This document shows, piece by piece, positions 42,308 to 60,253 of a stretch of DNA of 64,000 nucleotides (its first letter is position 1; every line of letters starts with the position of its first letter). The stretch is from Octopus vulgaris (lineage: Eukaryota): NCBI GenBank assembly GCA_951406725.2, contig OX597816.1:119350001-119414000 (forward strand), in the 5' to 3' direction. Under the pieces are notes generated by a model that made no database searches, was not told where the DNA came from, and saw only the letters and a program-made list of their open reading frames with translations. The position numbers and the translations under genes were made by a program.

Positions 42308-42374
42308 ATAATATGCATATATACATAAAAACATCTTTTATATATTTATATGATACACTTATTCTAAAATTGAA

Positions 42375-42715
42375 TTTTAATTCTCTCCAGTGCCGCTGCG
42401 AGCGCTACATATTTCGCACACTATGGTGAATATACCACCAGCATTGCCCAACCAACCATAACATTAGATTTAGAAGTCATCCAAGGCTAAGGCCACGTGT
42501 CCTACGCCCGCTACACAATTCAGGCTCACAACGCATAATTTCGCTACAACACAACTGTTCCTCAACAGGCGTCTGCTCTATTTAGCATTATTCCGAAACA
42601 GACGAAAGAAGAAAAAGATCCTATCACGTTCAAACAAAAGCTGGACAACTTTTTCAGGGGATACCAAATACGTCACCTATACCTGAATCCATCTCAGTCA
42701 ACAACTCCCAAGTTT
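42375..42715 (+). mobile_element. Decayed CR1-like LINE 3' fragment
   Basis: SLQCRCERYI...HPRL...LFSIIPKQTKEEKDPITFKQKLDNF, a CR1-type ORF2 C-terminus. Confidence 0.55.
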
Positions 42716-43185
42716 TGACAGCTAACTTTCTTTAGACAGACATACACACACGCATATATATATATATATATACATATATATATGTGAGTGCGTGTGTGTA
42801 TGTGTGTATGTGTGTGTTAACTATGTATATGTGAGTGCACGTATGTGTGTAACATAAATATATGCATGCATCCTATATCATAACTGGTTGTCCTTAATGC
42901 CTAGTAATAATGCATCTCGATGGACAGTTGAAAAGGGCTACGTAGCACCTGATGAAATCACAAATCAGGATTAAACTTGCTTTTCCCATCTTTCTTTGTA
43001 CATAGACGTTACATATGAACACAAAGTGCTTTCTTTTTATTTTATAAAATATATTATCTTATATACTATATAGTGTCTGCAAATACCTTAATATACAAAT
43101 CTGCACTACAGATAACCGGCTATATGTGTTTGCATATATATAATATGTGTGTGTGTGTGCGTGTGTGTACGTGGGTTTAAATATA

Positions 43186-43382
<197 letters not shown>

Positions 43383-43427
43383 GATAGATAAGATAGATAG
43401 TTAGATATGTGTGTACGTTTATACACA

Positions 43428-43474
<47 letters not shown>

Positions 43475-43475
43475 G

Positions 43476-43509
<34 letters not shown>

Positions 43510-44617
43510 TGTATGTATGTATGTATGTATGTATGTATGTATGTATGTATGTATGTATGTATGTATGTATATATGTATGTGTGTGTTTGTGAATGTATGT
43601 AATTACTAATTTTCGTATTTGTGTGATGTGTGATGTGAGTGAACATTTGCACACATGGTCTGCAATGGACAAAAGTAATTGGATAATACATTACTAATTG
43701 CACATGTTTTATATTCCATATATTTTGTTTTTAGAAATGAGACAAGTACCTGATAAGTACCTTGCCATGGTTTAGATACCGGTGAGATAAAACCTTTTTT
43801 ACCTGAACAGTTGCAGGCTGGCTGCCGCCGTTGCTGCAGTAAGGTAAGTGAGATGTTACAAAGGACCGAGATTCTGGGAAGAAAGGGTTGATAGAGTTTA
43901 AGGCGAGGTTTGAAAGTTAGATACAATTTAGGTAATGAGGAGAGAAGAATGGCCTGAGAAAGGAGTGCATAAGTCAGTGTGTCACGTGACCAACAAGCTC
44001 AGAAGAAAAGAAATTTTTTTCGGTGCAGCAGTAGAGAAGGCAGAGAGAAGAGAAAGAACACTTTCCCTCTGATCATGGAATAGGCTCCTATTAAGATGAT
44101 AAAGGAAGACAGCTTACAAAGAACTGCACCAATTACACAACTATTTTTGAAACAGATGTAAGGGATTTCTGCAGGACTTTTTTCAGCTTCAGTTTTAAGG
44201 TTTTGATAACCTGTGATGACCTTCTTCTACCTGCTAAACTATCCCACATCAATAGTGCACACTATCAAACAATATATGTACAACTTTTAGAGGAATGTTT
44301 ACTGATCTCCATTGATCGATGTTCGTTTATACTTCTTCGTGTTGTATAAATATAAATAAATTTGTCATAAAACCCGCTCCTTGCCTGTCAAGCCCATAAT
44401 CGGGTCATACACACACAAACACGCGCAGACATGCACACGCGCTCATAATTACTGACGTTTTAGCAATCGTTGAAAACAATTTTAGTCAACGTATTCAATA
44501 TTTCAAGTACAGTTATGTTTCCTAGTCGTCGTGTTTCCTTTCATTTCTTTGAATGTGGCATACGTGTGTGTGCACTTATAGCGAGATACAAGTATATATA
44601 TGACTATATATATATAT

Positions 44618-44673
<56 letters not shown>

Positions 44674-44750
44674 GTGTGTGTGTGTATGTATATGTAAGTA
44701 TGTATGTATGAATAAAACATAAAACTGTATTTGATTTTTCTGTGCGTATA

Positions 44751-44797
<47 letters not shown>

Positions 44798-44883
44798 TTA
44801 TTCACAAATGTATATATACATATATATCTAATATATAATATAATATATATATGTATAATATATATATATATAATATAAATATA

Positions 44884-44990
<107 letters not shown>

Positions 44991-45613
44991 CATACATTTC
45001 ATATGTATTTAAGCTCGTACATATATAATATTTTAAACATGTAGCAAAAAGTAAAGTTACGAAGGTTCAGCATAATTCGTTTCGTATAAATGTAATTCGT
45101 GCGTTAGTGCGTTCGTGTCTGTTAATATGTATGCGTAAGTGCATCAGTGTGTAGATGTGTACATCTGTGTCTGTCTTTCTTTTTACATCTGATGTCTTCG
45201 AAGACTCAAATGCCCATAGATTCTAAATAAGTTACTTATATAATGTGTATGTGATTTCAGTTACTATTTATATAATGATATAATCATATTTCTCATACAA
45301 AAAATAATAATTTAATAACAAATATTTAAAATACGCTAAACAACAAAAGACGTTTTCATTGTTTTCATAACATTGTTGAATACCATTTTGAAAATAATAA
45401 TTATTTCCTTCTCATTAGTGTTCACATTGCCCAGGTCGTTATCCTTTTCAGTGTAAACGCTATGTATTCAAATAACACTGCAATGAAAGTTTATTACCGG
45501 GAGTTGCAAGAAAGACACACGTTCGTATATGTCGTTGAATAGTGAACATATTTCACGTGCGTGTATGTGTGTATCCAAATATAATAATAATAATAATAGT
45601 AGTAGTAGTGGTG

Positions 45614-45681
<68 letters not shown>

Positions 45682-45839
45682 TTTAATAATAATAGTGATG
45701 ATGACAATAATAATGATAATAATAATGCTTTTTTTATTCATTCTTAACTTAGGTAATTAGATTTTTATATGTTGTCAAAATAATAACAACTACAAAAGCA
45801 GAACAAAATCGAGAAGAAAAACATTATATATATATAATG

Positions 45840-45895
45840 GGCATGGCCTGGGCCAATAATGGCCCAAACCTATCAAAGTATCAAAGTATCAAAGT
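45840..45895 (+). mobile_element. CR1-like LINE 3' tail with (TATCAAAG)n
   Basis: CATGGCCTGGGCCAATAATGGCCCAAACC(TATCAAAG)3. A second copy lies on the minus strand at 59133-59208. Confidence 0.6.
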
Positions 45896-45949
45896 ATATA
45901 TATACATATATATATGTTTAGATATATATGTATATATATATGTATATAA

Positions 45950-46510
<561 letters not shown>

Positions 46511-46676
46511 TATATATATATATAGCTATATATATATACAAGTATGTATTTATATATATATATGTTCATATATATATGTATATATATATGCATACATATA
46601 TGTATGTGTATGTATATATATATATATAAATATTTGCATATATGTGTATATATATTTATATATTTGTATATAAGTG

Positions 46677-46730
<54 letters not shown>

Positions 46731-46732
<2 letters not shown>

Positions 46733-47022
46733 GTGGCACTTAGTTGGTTACGACGACGAGGGTTCCAGTTAATATGTTCAAGGGAACAGTCTGCCGTTGA
46801 AATTAACGAGCATGTCGGCGAGCACAACACAAACACGTGGTACCCCTGCCCTAAAGTAATTCACAGCATATCACAGAGTGTTTCAAGGTTGGCCCTTTGA
46901 AATACAGGTACTACTCATTTTTGCCAGCTGACAGAACTGGAGCAACGTGAACCAAAGTGTCTTGCTCAAGGACACAACGCGTCGCTGGAGCCGAATACCC
47001 TAACCACCAAGCAACGTACCTC
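46731..47022 (-). mobile_element. SINE family C
   Basis: Minus strand begins with a tRNA-like TTGCTTGGTGGTTAGGG, then GTTGTGTCCTTGAGCAAGACACTT. Confidence 0.6.
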
Positions 47023-47174
47023 GCACCTCATACACACACACACACACATATATCTATATCTATATATATATATATACACATACATACGCATATATATATG
47101 TATATGTGCATACATCATATCAAAATATATGTATATACGCATACATCATTTATACATATGTGATGCATGCATTA

Positions 47175-47207
<33 letters not shown>

Positions 47208-47208
47208 T

Positions 47209-47256
<48 letters not shown>

Positions 47257-47560
47257 TACCTACATATGTATATACCTATACACACACACAGATACGAATA
47301 GCTCGTCATGTATCAAATTCCAGAAACTGAAAACCTAACATCAACCTACGATAATGCGATTGGAACTTACGTTTATTTTTTTCTTACCATATGAATAAAA
47401 TATAATTCTACAAGCATTTGGCAATGTGAGATGGTTAGTGTATATCCCAAAGCATGACGTAATATTAGTAGTTACTAGATTTGGACATTGCAAATTATAA
47501 AACAAACAAAAAAGCAGTGAGTTTACGTATATAAAATTTTAAATAGAAGGTAACACCATA

Positions 47561-47975
47561 GGCGCAGGAGTGGCTGTGTGGTAAGTAGCTTGCTTATCAA
47601 CTACATGGTTCCGGGTTCAGTCCCACTGCGTGGCACCTTGGGCAAGTATCTTCTACTATAGCCTCGGGCCGACCAAAGCCTTGTGAGTGGATTTGGTAGA
47701 CGGAAACTGGAAGAAGCCCGTCGTATATATGTATATATGTATGTATATGTATGTGTGTGTGTATGTTTCTTTATGTCTGTGTTTGTCCCCCCCCCCCAAC
47801 ATCGCTTGACAACCGGTGCTGGTGTGTTTATGTCCCCGTAACTTAGCGGTTCGGCAAAAGAGACCGATAGAATAAGTACTAGGCTTACAAAGAATAAGTT
47901 CTGGGGTCGATTTGCTCGACTAAAGGCGGTGCTCCAACATGGCCGCAGTCAAATGACTGAAACAAGTAAAAGAAC
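47561..47975 (+). mobile_element. SINE family A, full-length reference copy (cephalopod tRNA-derived SINE)
   Basis: A box TGGCTGTGTGG, B box GGTTCAGTCCC, internal (TA/TG)n, 3' double hairpin and A-rich tail. Confidence 0.9.
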
Positions 47976-48319
47976 ATAAAAAAAAAGAACAAGAACCATG
48001 AACTGTATTTATTCTACAAGTGTAACAAATCAGCTTACGACTCTGTTCTTTATTCAGTAGATTAATGTGTAGACATTAAGTACGAGAACTACACTTCATA
48101 ATGATAGGAATGTATTATATAAAATATATAATATAGAAGAGGATATTCTTTGGAGTGAGAAAAATAAACAGATATATTATGAGATAAATATTAATTTTTG
48201 AATTATACCACAGGGAAGAGCACATTTTTTTGTCAGGCAGCTTTGAGTCTATTGAGACAGTCATATACAAGTCACACACACTGAGATAGATGTGTGTGTG
48301 TCTGGATGTTTGTATATAT

Positions 48320-48432
<113 letters not shown>

Positions 48433-48439
48433 ATATATG

Positions 48440-48509
48440 TCCACCAGCACTGGTTGTCAAGCGATGATAGGGGGCTAACACAGACGCAAACACACACACA
48501 CACACAAAC

Positions 48510-48575
<66 letters not shown>

Positions 48576-49299
48576 GATGGGCTTCTTTCAGTTTCCATCT
48601 TCCCAATCTACTCACAAGGCATTGGTCGGCCCGTGGTTATAGTAGAAGACATTTGCTCAAGGAGTCACGTAATGGGACTGAACACGGAACCATATGTTTA
48701 GGAAGCAAGCTTCTTACCACTCTCTCAGGTGTGTCTGTGTGTGATACTGGGTGTTAATCTGCATGAGGTTTTGCGCTCTATAACGTTCTTCGGACGAAAC
48801 CATTAAAATGCTCAATATACACAAGATATTCAGCCCGAGTCTGACATACGAATATGAATAAATATATGATACAATCAACGTGAGTACAATGCAAAGATGG
48901 AATCATATATATTCTTTTATTTCTTTACTTGATTCAGTCTTACTGACTACGGCCATGTTCGAGCACCATCTTAAACAGTCTTTTAGTCGGAGAAATCGAC
49001 CACAGGACTCATTCTTTGTAAACCTAGTACTTATTCTATCGGTCTATTTTGCCGAACCACTGAGTTACAGAGATGTAAACATACCAACATCGGTTTCAAG
49101 CGATGGTGGAGGTGGTGAGGAAAAACACAGGCAGAAAGACATAAATACACACACACGTATATACGACGGGCTTCCTTCAATTTCCGTCTACAAAATCCAC
49201 TATAGTATGAGACACTTGCCCCAGGTGACATGCAGTGGGATTGAACCAGGAACCATGTGGTTAGAAAGCAAGCTTCTTACTACACAGTCACACCTGCAT
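48440..49299 (-). mobile_element. Two SINE family A copies (48440-48720 and 48912-49299)
   Basis: Similarity to the family A consensus. Confidence 0.8.
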
Positions 49300-49349
49300 C
49301 TTTATATCTATCTATCTACATATCTATCTATCTATTTACCTATCTATCA

Positions 49350-49427
<78 letters not shown>

Positions 49428-49456
49428 TTACCTATCTATCTATCTATCTATCTATG

Positions 49457-49510
<54 letters not shown>

Positions 49511-49534
49511 CCTATCTATCTATCTATCTATCTA

Positions 49535-49568
<34 letters not shown>

Positions 49569-50317
49569 TGATGTATGATAACATAGACAGAATCATACAC
49601 AGTTATACGTATAACTTTTGGCAATGTTAATAACGTTAATAAAGCCCAGTCTCGCAGAGCCGTGAAATCGTAGTTAATAATTACAACCTATAAACGGAAG
49701 AATAAAAATATGCAAAACTTTCCACCATTGTTGTTATTTAAATTGCAATGATGGAGCATTGTGTATATAATACAAAGAGCAACTTTATTGTACAGAAAGA
49801 ATTGCAACTCATTAAAAAACGAAGATTACATATATAAATATATGAAAGATACACATTTGAAGTAATTTCTGAATCAAACTTATTTCGGTGTATTCTAGAT
49901 ACACATGAACTTCATTAACAATAAAATAATAAACAAAACACAAAGCATTGTATTTAGGACAATTTAATTATTAGAGTTAATTTAAAAATTAAAGGTTTTA
50001 TGACCACATTACGAACACTTACATATATATATCAATTCAGTGAAGTCACCAACAGTGAAATTATAATAAGTAATGTTTAATTATTATAATAACATAACGC
50101 TTAGTTGTATAGTATGTTAAACAATGTCTGGCCATGTGTGGTGTTTGTATATCTATCTATATATATATATATATATATATATATAGATATATATATATAT
50201 ATACATTTACGTAGATTTGTATGTACACAGATACACATAACTTCATATGTATACACAGACAAGCAAACAGACAAATAGAGAGACATATATTCTTATACGA
50301 ATAACTTTTTGCATGAT

Positions 50318-50370
<53 letters not shown>

Positions 50371-50503
50371 GCGTGCTGTGTGCATGCCTGCGTGCGTAAA
50401 AACCGTCGTCGTTTCAAGTCTGTGAAGAAGTGATTGGACACATAATATAAAATGTCCCAGCATGGGCGCGGCCTCATAGGGGGAATCAGAATGACATACA
50501 TAC

Positions 50504-50543
<40 letters not shown>

Positions 50544-50632
50544 ATATATATATGAATATATATATGTGTGTATATATATATATATTTATATATTTATATA
50601 TATACATATATATACATGTCTATAAACATGTG

Positions 50633-50774
<142 letters not shown>

Positions 50775-51012
50775 CTTATAATATACAGACGTTTGTATAT
50801 ATGCGTGTACGTTTGCAAATATAGATACCTAAATAAGTTGCAATAAAATGTATTTTACATACGGAAAAAAAAAAGAGGGACGCAACGTTTTACATATAGT
50901 GTATACATTTTCCTCAAACCTTCCGTGAAAGTACTCAAATATACACAACCACTGGCACGCACAATCACACAGACGCAAAAATACATAATATATACATACA
51001 TGCATACATACA

Positions 51013-51599
<587 letters not shown>

Positions 51600-51731
51600 A
51601 TTCAAAATATTACATTATATAATTAGGGGTTAGTAAAATAAATTACTTTGCCACATACTGAACTTAGTGGAAATTATATATATATATATATATATATACT
51701 TATAATATACAGACGTTTGCAAATATAGATA

Positions 51732-51786
<55 letters not shown>

Positions 51787-52376
51787 ATATAATAGCAGTT
51801 TGTGTGTGCGCGTGTGAGTGTTCCGGTGAGTACCATTATGGGAGAGGTAATTTCAGCATCAAAAATGAAAGATGTATACTTTGTATGTAAAATGCTGCGC
51901 ACTCTTTTCTTTGTAAAATCCATTTTATTTCTACTTAGATATTTATGCATGTATGCATGTTTGCATGTGTGCATATGTATATATATATTTATATATGCGC
52001 GTGTGTGTGTTGTGTAAATATATAAGTTTATGTGTATATATTTGTTTGTATATGTGCGTATATATATATATGCACGTAGGAAATTTACAAAAGAGAAAGT
52101 ACAATAAGTTTCGTGCCTTTTGACAAACTTGAACTGAGTATAATAAATTTTTGTTTTTATTTGTTCAACTCACAGACACACACGCTCATGCTCCCATCAT
52201 GTCTATCTATCTGTATCTATGTATGTATATATCAATATATTCAAGCACACACACGCGCGCTCAAACACACGCAGACGAGGATGACGTTACGTGTGTGTGT
52301 GTGTGTGTGTGTGTGTATAAATATATATATAGTTCAAAATAGTTTCACACTCACGCCCCTGTATCGCATTTAACTT

Positions 52377-52422
<46 letters not shown>

Positions 52423-52471
52423 TGAAATGTCTTAGATTTACTTCAGTGCTATTTCCACCTCCACCTTATAA

Positions 52472-52520
<49 letters not shown>

Positions 52521-52599
52521 GGCATACATATATATATATATTTTATATATACATACCGATATATATGGATGTATTTTTATATAAATGTATGTATTTATT

Positions 52600-52634
<35 letters not shown>

Positions 52635-52641
52635 CGATATA

Positions 52642-52771
52642 CAGGGTGACCATACAATTTGGACACATGGGAAATATTACAATATTTTTCGACTCTTACG
52701 TATGAAAAAAAAAGAGCGTGTCAAGTCGAAGGTTTTTGCAGTTCTACGTATTCAAATTTTGCTGTCACCCT
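52642..52771. mobile_element. Small Tc1/mariner-type MITE
   Basis: TA-CAGGGTGACCATACAATTTG ... CAAATTTTGCTGTCACCCTA-TA. Confidence 0.55.
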
Positions 52772-52870
52772 ATACATATAAGTATAAGTATGTATATGCT
52801 TGTGCCCGTGCATTTGAATACACACATACATGCATGCAAACATATATACATACATACCTACGTGCATACT

Positions 52871-52901
<31 letters not shown>

Positions 52902-53100
52902 TTGAAAAGATATGTATGTGTACGCTTATTTTGTATTTGTTTATTAAGCTAGCCGTTAGGTTTAAGACAAAAAAACTTTTGTTCATGTCCTATTACATTT
53001 CATATTAACTGAAACCGCATAAAATATTAATGGCTGAAATATATAAGACACCTAAAATGTTAGCAGTAGCTTGGCAGTCGTTAGATGACTGACACACATG

Positions 53101-53154
<54 letters not shown>

Positions 53155-53203
53155 CATACATATATATTTACATATACATATATATTTACATGTATATTTA
53201 CAT

Positions 53204-53292
<89 letters not shown>

Positions 53293-53807
53293 AAGAGATG
53301 ACACCGGAAAAAAGTTATTCAACTTCATTAGCTTACAGCGTTTTCTGCTATAAGATGGGGTGGGCTCTTAGTTGAGTACCGAGATAACATCCTATGGCGT
53401 CATCAGTGCGTTTTAGTTGGTTTTTCTGAAAATGTAAATTCTTAAATAAAGTGAACTTTGTATTCAAGGCTCTGGTGAAGCTGCAGGATGTTCAACTGGT
53501 ACTCAACTAAGATTTTATAGCAAAAACAGCTGTAAGCTAAAGAAGTGCATTAAATAATATTTGTATTTTCCAGTGTTATCTCTTTGTTTCTATTACGACC
53601 CTATACTCATATAACATTATATATATATATATGTATAGTGAAGGAGACAAACACACAGGTAAATACATACATACATACACACACAGACACACACACACAC
53701 ACATATATATACATGCATATATATATATATATATGGGTGTATGTGTGTATATATATGGGTATATATATATATGAGTGTATGTATGTATCTATATATATGT
53801 ATATACA

Positions 53808-53843
<36 letters not shown>

Positions 53844-53868
53844 CATACATACATATGTATACATATGC

Positions 53869-53924
<56 letters not shown>

Positions 53925-53959
53925 CGTAAATGTCCCGGTGAATATCTGAATAAGATGCT

Positions 53960-54295
53960 AAAATAATAGACCAGACATAGTGATTAGAGACCGAGAAGAG
54001 AAACTACATACAACTGTGGAAATCAGTTGCTCAGCTGATGTCAACATAAATCTTAAAGATCAGTAAAAACAAAAAAAGCTGCGATTAAATTTACAGTTAC
54101 TCCATATGGACTACAAGTTGAGATTTATATCCGTAATCATTGGGGCACTTTCATATGTTTCATATGTAACCAACCTCCTCAGCACCAGTCTTGAGAATTA
54201 AGGTTCTCGGAACCAGTGAATTGCAAAACTACGGATACACGCCAACAATGAAACTGTTTCTGGATGTAAAACTTTCCAAACGTTTAACATGTAAG
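53960..54295 (+). mobile_element. Decayed R4/Dong-like RLE fragment (second family)
   Basis: [29 protein letters not shown]...LQLLHMDYKLRFISVIIGAL. Confidence 0.7.
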
Positions 54296-54446
54296 TCCAT
54301 ATTTATATGGCGATGTGTAAGAAATTCCAATGAAGGAGCCTTGGATCTAAGTTAGAAACCGGCTTTTTTTTTCTCTGTGACTATGGATCTTGAAATAAAT
54401 ATGTTGGTTTGTCTATGTACATATATATGGTATGTGTTATATATTT

Positions 54447-54543
<97 letters not shown>

Positions 54544-54578
54544 CATATATATGTATATACATACATATATATATATCT

Positions 54579-54610
<32 letters not shown>

Positions 54611-54909
54611 ACAGATACACACACTCAAATATATATATGCATGACTAGAGATAGATAGAAGTCATAAATAAACTGTGGATTATATAGTACGGATTATAAA
54701 TTCTGAATTAAGAATACGTAATTCATTCTTCTTTGTGTTTTACACTATACTCTGAATTCTTCGGAAGCGAACCTTGGATTTACTAATCGAACAAGAGTAC
54801 TAATAGCATAGGAGTGTGGTCCACATCATTTACAACGATGATCACTGGTTACTTTTCTGCACAGTGCTCAAAGAATGTATTGTCCAAGATTTTACAATCC
54901 ATATTCTTT

Positions 54910-54954
<45 letters not shown>

Positions 54955-54958
<4 letters not shown>

Positions 54959-55096
54959 GCAGCATGGAAGGTGTTTGTAAGCCATTTAAGAAACACACAA
55001 AAGTCGTTCGATTCACTTCAACATTTAAGTTTAATTTGACAAAATATTTTCGTCGCTAAAATCCGCAACCTGTTCACTGACAAAAATCCGTGCTGC
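54955..55096 (-). mobile_element. PLE-like pLTR fragment with degenerate hammerhead
   Basis: TGTCA-GTGAACA-GGTTGC-ggatttta-GCGAC-GAAA-ATATTT-TGTCA. Homologous to the 18853 copy and flanked by (TA)n. Confidence 0.65.
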
Positions 55097-55130
55097 ATAT
55101 ATATATAACTTTCTTATATATATATTTATA

Positions 55131-55168
<38 letters not shown>

Positions 55169-55583
55169 GACACTCACATATAAATACAAATATATGTTTA
55201 TAAATAAGTATATGTATATACATAGACATATATATATGCATATAGACATATATATGTATATATATATGTCTATATGCATATAGATATATATAGGCATATA
55301 TATGTCTATATGCATATATATATGTCTATGTATATACATGCATATATATGTCTATATACATATATATATGTCTATATGCATATATATGTCTATATGCATA
55401 TGTATGTCTATATACATGAATATATATATATATTTGTATGTATGTATATATGTATGTATTATGTATGTATGTATGTATGTATGTATATATGTATGTATAT
55501 GCGTTTCTTCAGGATGGTGGGACTATACCACCACTCCTGCATGTGCTTTTCTCTTGAGTATTGGTCCATTTGGTGTGTGAGGG

Positions 55584-55640
<57 letters not shown>

Positions 55641-56104
55641 ATATAATACAATATAAATGTATATCCATGAAGTTACGTATATTTGCATGTGCGTACACTA
55701 AAAAAGAGAATGAACGTGATAAAGTGAGAGAAAAAGAGAAGATCCATATATATATTCTTTGCGATTATGTATTTATTGCAGAATTCACGCTAATCACTAA
55801 ACATCAGAACTCTTTATTTAACATGAGACAACTCATAGGGTCACTTTTTGTTCTCTGAATATGCTAGTGTCTACACAAAGTTTTGTGTATGTGTGTATGT
55901 GTGCGTGGATGGCAGTGTTAATGTCTGAATAAACTTGAACTCGTGTAGTAGATCTGAATATCTCTTTAGTACACAAACATGTTTTCTTCATAACCGTTTA
56001 AATCTGTGAATATGTTTATGCGTATTCTGTTAATGTGCATGTTTTCAGCCCGAGAACGTTCTACAGAAATGCAAATCAGTTTGTTCCGTTATATTTGGAG
56101 AATA

Positions 56105-56207
56105 TCAGCATTTCAATATTTCATCTTGATCTACTGCCAGGTAACCCAGTGCACCTATGGTAATAGGTAAAGATGAAATTCTGTAGCCTGGATTTATGAG
56201 TTGTCTG

Positions 56208-56208
<1 letters not shown>
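56105..56208 (-). mobile_element. Decayed RLE fragment
   Basis: [22 protein letters not shown], similar to the 53960 copy. Confidence 0.5.
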
Positions 56209-56296
<88 letters not shown>

Positions 56297-56718
56297 ATAT
56301 ATATAAATATCCGTGCATGTATGCATGCATGCACATAAGCAAGTTGTGAAAGTAGCAGGAAAAGGTAATATGGGTGCTTATACACTGTTAAAGCACTACT
56401 AGACTTCTGGGTCGCAGTTTTTCATCAATTACTGTCTTTCTTAAAAATCACGTAGCTCTTACATCTACAGTACTACTATAATTTAACTAGGTAACGAATC
56501 TCAGTATATCATACAGACAAATGATGAATTTTACACTGAGGAAGCATTGATGGTGTGACATCGTCCTCTTAGAGATATTAACGAAATGTTCCTCAAATTC
56601 CAAAACGAGTCAATGATTCAAGAGGATCTAGCTGCACATATAGTATATTATATATACATACAGATACAGACACAAACAAACACACACGCACACACATTTG
56701 TATATATAAATACACACC

Positions 56719-56773
<55 letters not shown>

Positions 56774-56996
56774 TTGTGTATTTACATGCATATATAAATA
56801 GTATATTTATATGTATATCATATTTGAGAGGGTAAACATACATCCTACATCATGGTATTTTCCGATCCAAATTTTGAATTTTAAATTTTTACATCACCAA
56901 TGTAATTATTTTAGGCATCAATAAAAAATATTTTAAAAATGTAACTGTATTTGTGGTTATCCTTAACCCATTTATGTTATTTCTTTCTATACATAC

Positions 56997-57155
56997 AGGC
57001 ATGGCTGTGTGGTTAACAGCTTGTTTCCCAACAACGTTTCCGGGTTTAGTCCCACTGCGGGGCACCTTGGACATGTGTCTACAACTATAGCCTCGGGCCA
57101 ATCAAAACCTTGTGAGTGGATTTGGGGGACGGAAACTGAAAGAGGTCAGTCATGT
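56997..57155 (+). mobile_element. SINE family A head
   Basis: AGGCATGGCTGTGTGGTTAA...GTCCCACTGCG...GACGGAAACTGAAAGA. Confidence 0.8.
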
Positions 57156-57558
57156 ATAAATATATCTCAGTATATCATATATATATACATATATATACAC
57201 ACACATGTGTGTATGCGCGTGTGTGTGTGTGTGTTTATGCGTATGCATATATATATATACACAAATATATGTGACTCTCTCTATCTATATATATACACAC
57301 ACACACAAGCATGCGAATATTCATGAATTTAACATTTTTGCAAACAAACTTTATAGTGTCGAATATGTTTCGTTTGTTAAAGACAAGAAAGTAATATTTC
57401 GATCACAGTATGGCCGTGAAAACAGCAGAAAAATTGTGTGTTTTACACTCATATGACGAGAAAAGTTGTCAACCGACAACTTTTTCTATCTTATTAGGCT
57501 ACATTACGTTCGAAATATTACTTTCTTCTCCATCATGTGTGTATATATACATGCATAC

Positions 57559-57631
<73 letters not shown>

Positions 57632-57936
57632 TATGCACATACACATGTACGTGAATATGAATATTAATGAATATATATTATACATACATTACAATACTAT
57701 GATATATGTTACATTATATTTTACAGTACATAGTAATCATGGCTTACTGTATTTAATTTAAAATTGCATTTGGTACTTGCATATGTACGGTATACAACGG
57801 AGGCTTGATGTATTCTATGTTATTTCAATGTGATTTCTATGGTATCGTACCTAGCTATTTCATGGCGTCCTATGAGTTGACGTGCCTTGATTCTTATCAA
57901 TCCTTATAACAAAATAATACATACACACGCACACAC

Positions 57937-58046
<110 letters not shown>

Positions 58047-58442
58047 ATATACACATAAGAATGTATATATACACGCACAAATTTGTAGACATATACTTAT
58101 ATATTTACATACACACACACACACATACATATTAACATACAGGCACATATACATATATAATCAGTATATATATAACTATTTCTGTGAACTCCTACGGAAC
58201 CCTTTGTATTTGAATGACTGATTGTGGTGTAAAAGTTATAAATGAATTTACCTAAATATTCTGAATATTAGATTTTTTTCAAATCTTTTGTATAGCATGC
58301 CCTAAATCTGTATCTGTATCTATGTATCTATATCTGCGTCTTCCCCACCTACACTATCTATAATATGTGTAAAAACACAACGTACGCGCACACATAATTA
58401 CCTATCTGCCTATCTATCTACATCTCTCTCTCTCTCTTTCTG

Positions 58443-58478
<36 letters not shown>

Positions 58479-58516
58479 CACGGCCTTCGGGCTAAAACAT
58501 TTTTAAGGACTTAAGG

Positions 58517-58592
<76 letters not shown>

Positions 58593-58657
58593 GTATGTAT
58601 ATATACATATCTATATTGTTGTATTTGGGATGGTAATTTTCATATATATGGTAACGT

Positions 58658-58780
<123 letters not shown>

Positions 58781-58798
58781 GTGTGTATGTATGTATAA

Positions 58799-58839
<41 letters not shown>

Positions 58840-59102
58840 TATTATTTTTCTTCACTCATTTTTTACTGTTCTTTTATTATTTTAAAGCTTGACCATTGTC
58901 CAGAAATATTTCGTCAAACATATGTGGCCTCTTCAGCGACACCTTTCATTTCGTACTCCATTCTTTTCTTCTAAGGAGCGTAACCTTATATGCGCATGCG
59001 TTTGTACCCTTCTTATTTATATTTATATCCATATATATATATGTACATTTATATATATATTGATATTTATATACATATATATATATATATAGATTTATAT
59101 AG

Positions 59103-59134
<32 letters not shown>

Positions 59135-59392
59135 TTTGATACTTTGATACTTTGATAGGTTTCGGCCATTATTGGCCCAGGCCATGTCTAACTTAATAGC
59201 ACCACCTGATACATATATATATTTATATATATATATATATAAATATTTATATGCATATATATATTTATATTTATAAATATGTATATATATTTATATACAT
59301 ATATATATGTAATTATACACACAAATCTATATAATTATATACATACAAATACATATTCCCATACATACACACACATACAAACACACACACAC

Positions 59393-59451
<59 letters not shown>

Positions 59452-59662
59452 GTATATTTATATAAATATATGAACATATGGATATAAATATATATATATA
59501 TATATGGATATATATATATCTATATGAATATATATATATTTATACGAATATATGAATATGTATGTATATATAATAACTGTATATAATATGTATCATAATG
59601 ATATTTATATATTTATTATACAGTTATTATTCTATGAGCCTTCCATAGTACCTTACTCTCCG

Positions 59663-59760
59663 TAACTCGGAAAGACTTTCGAGTTGGTTTATAAAAATAT
59701 TATTTATGTAGTTATATGTATGTATGTATATATATATATATATGTGTGTGTGTATGTGTA

Positions 59761-59793
<33 letters not shown>

Positions 59794-60114
59794 CTGTGTC
59801 TGTGTGTGTGTCTGCGTGTGTATACATATACACATATATGAATATATAAATATATATATGAATATATATGAGTATATATACATATATACACACATATATA
59901 TATTTATATATAAATATATGAATATATATTGATGTATATATATATATATATATTCATATATTCATTTATATATACATATATATATCAATATATATTCATA
60001 TATTTATATATAGATATATATGTGTTTGTGTGTATATGTATATATACTCATATATATTCATATGTATATATATTCATATATATATTCATATATGTGTATA
60101 TGTATACATACACA

Positions 60115-60190
<76 letters not shown>

Positions 60191-60253
60191 CATACATACA
60201 TATAACTACATAAATAATATTTTTATAAACTAACTCGAAAGGCTTTCCGAGTT

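Noticed and set aside
42944-42982. Hammerhead relic CTGATGA-AATC...GATT-AAAC
   Set aside because: Lacks the catalytic G of GAAA and has no second copy for support.
43720-44090. Decayed LINE ORF2 end on the minus strand
   Set aside because: Only faint peptide resemblance (PFLPRISVLCN); too weak to call.
48880-49578. 232-aa ORF
   Set aside because: Antisense SINE read through into (ATCT)n.
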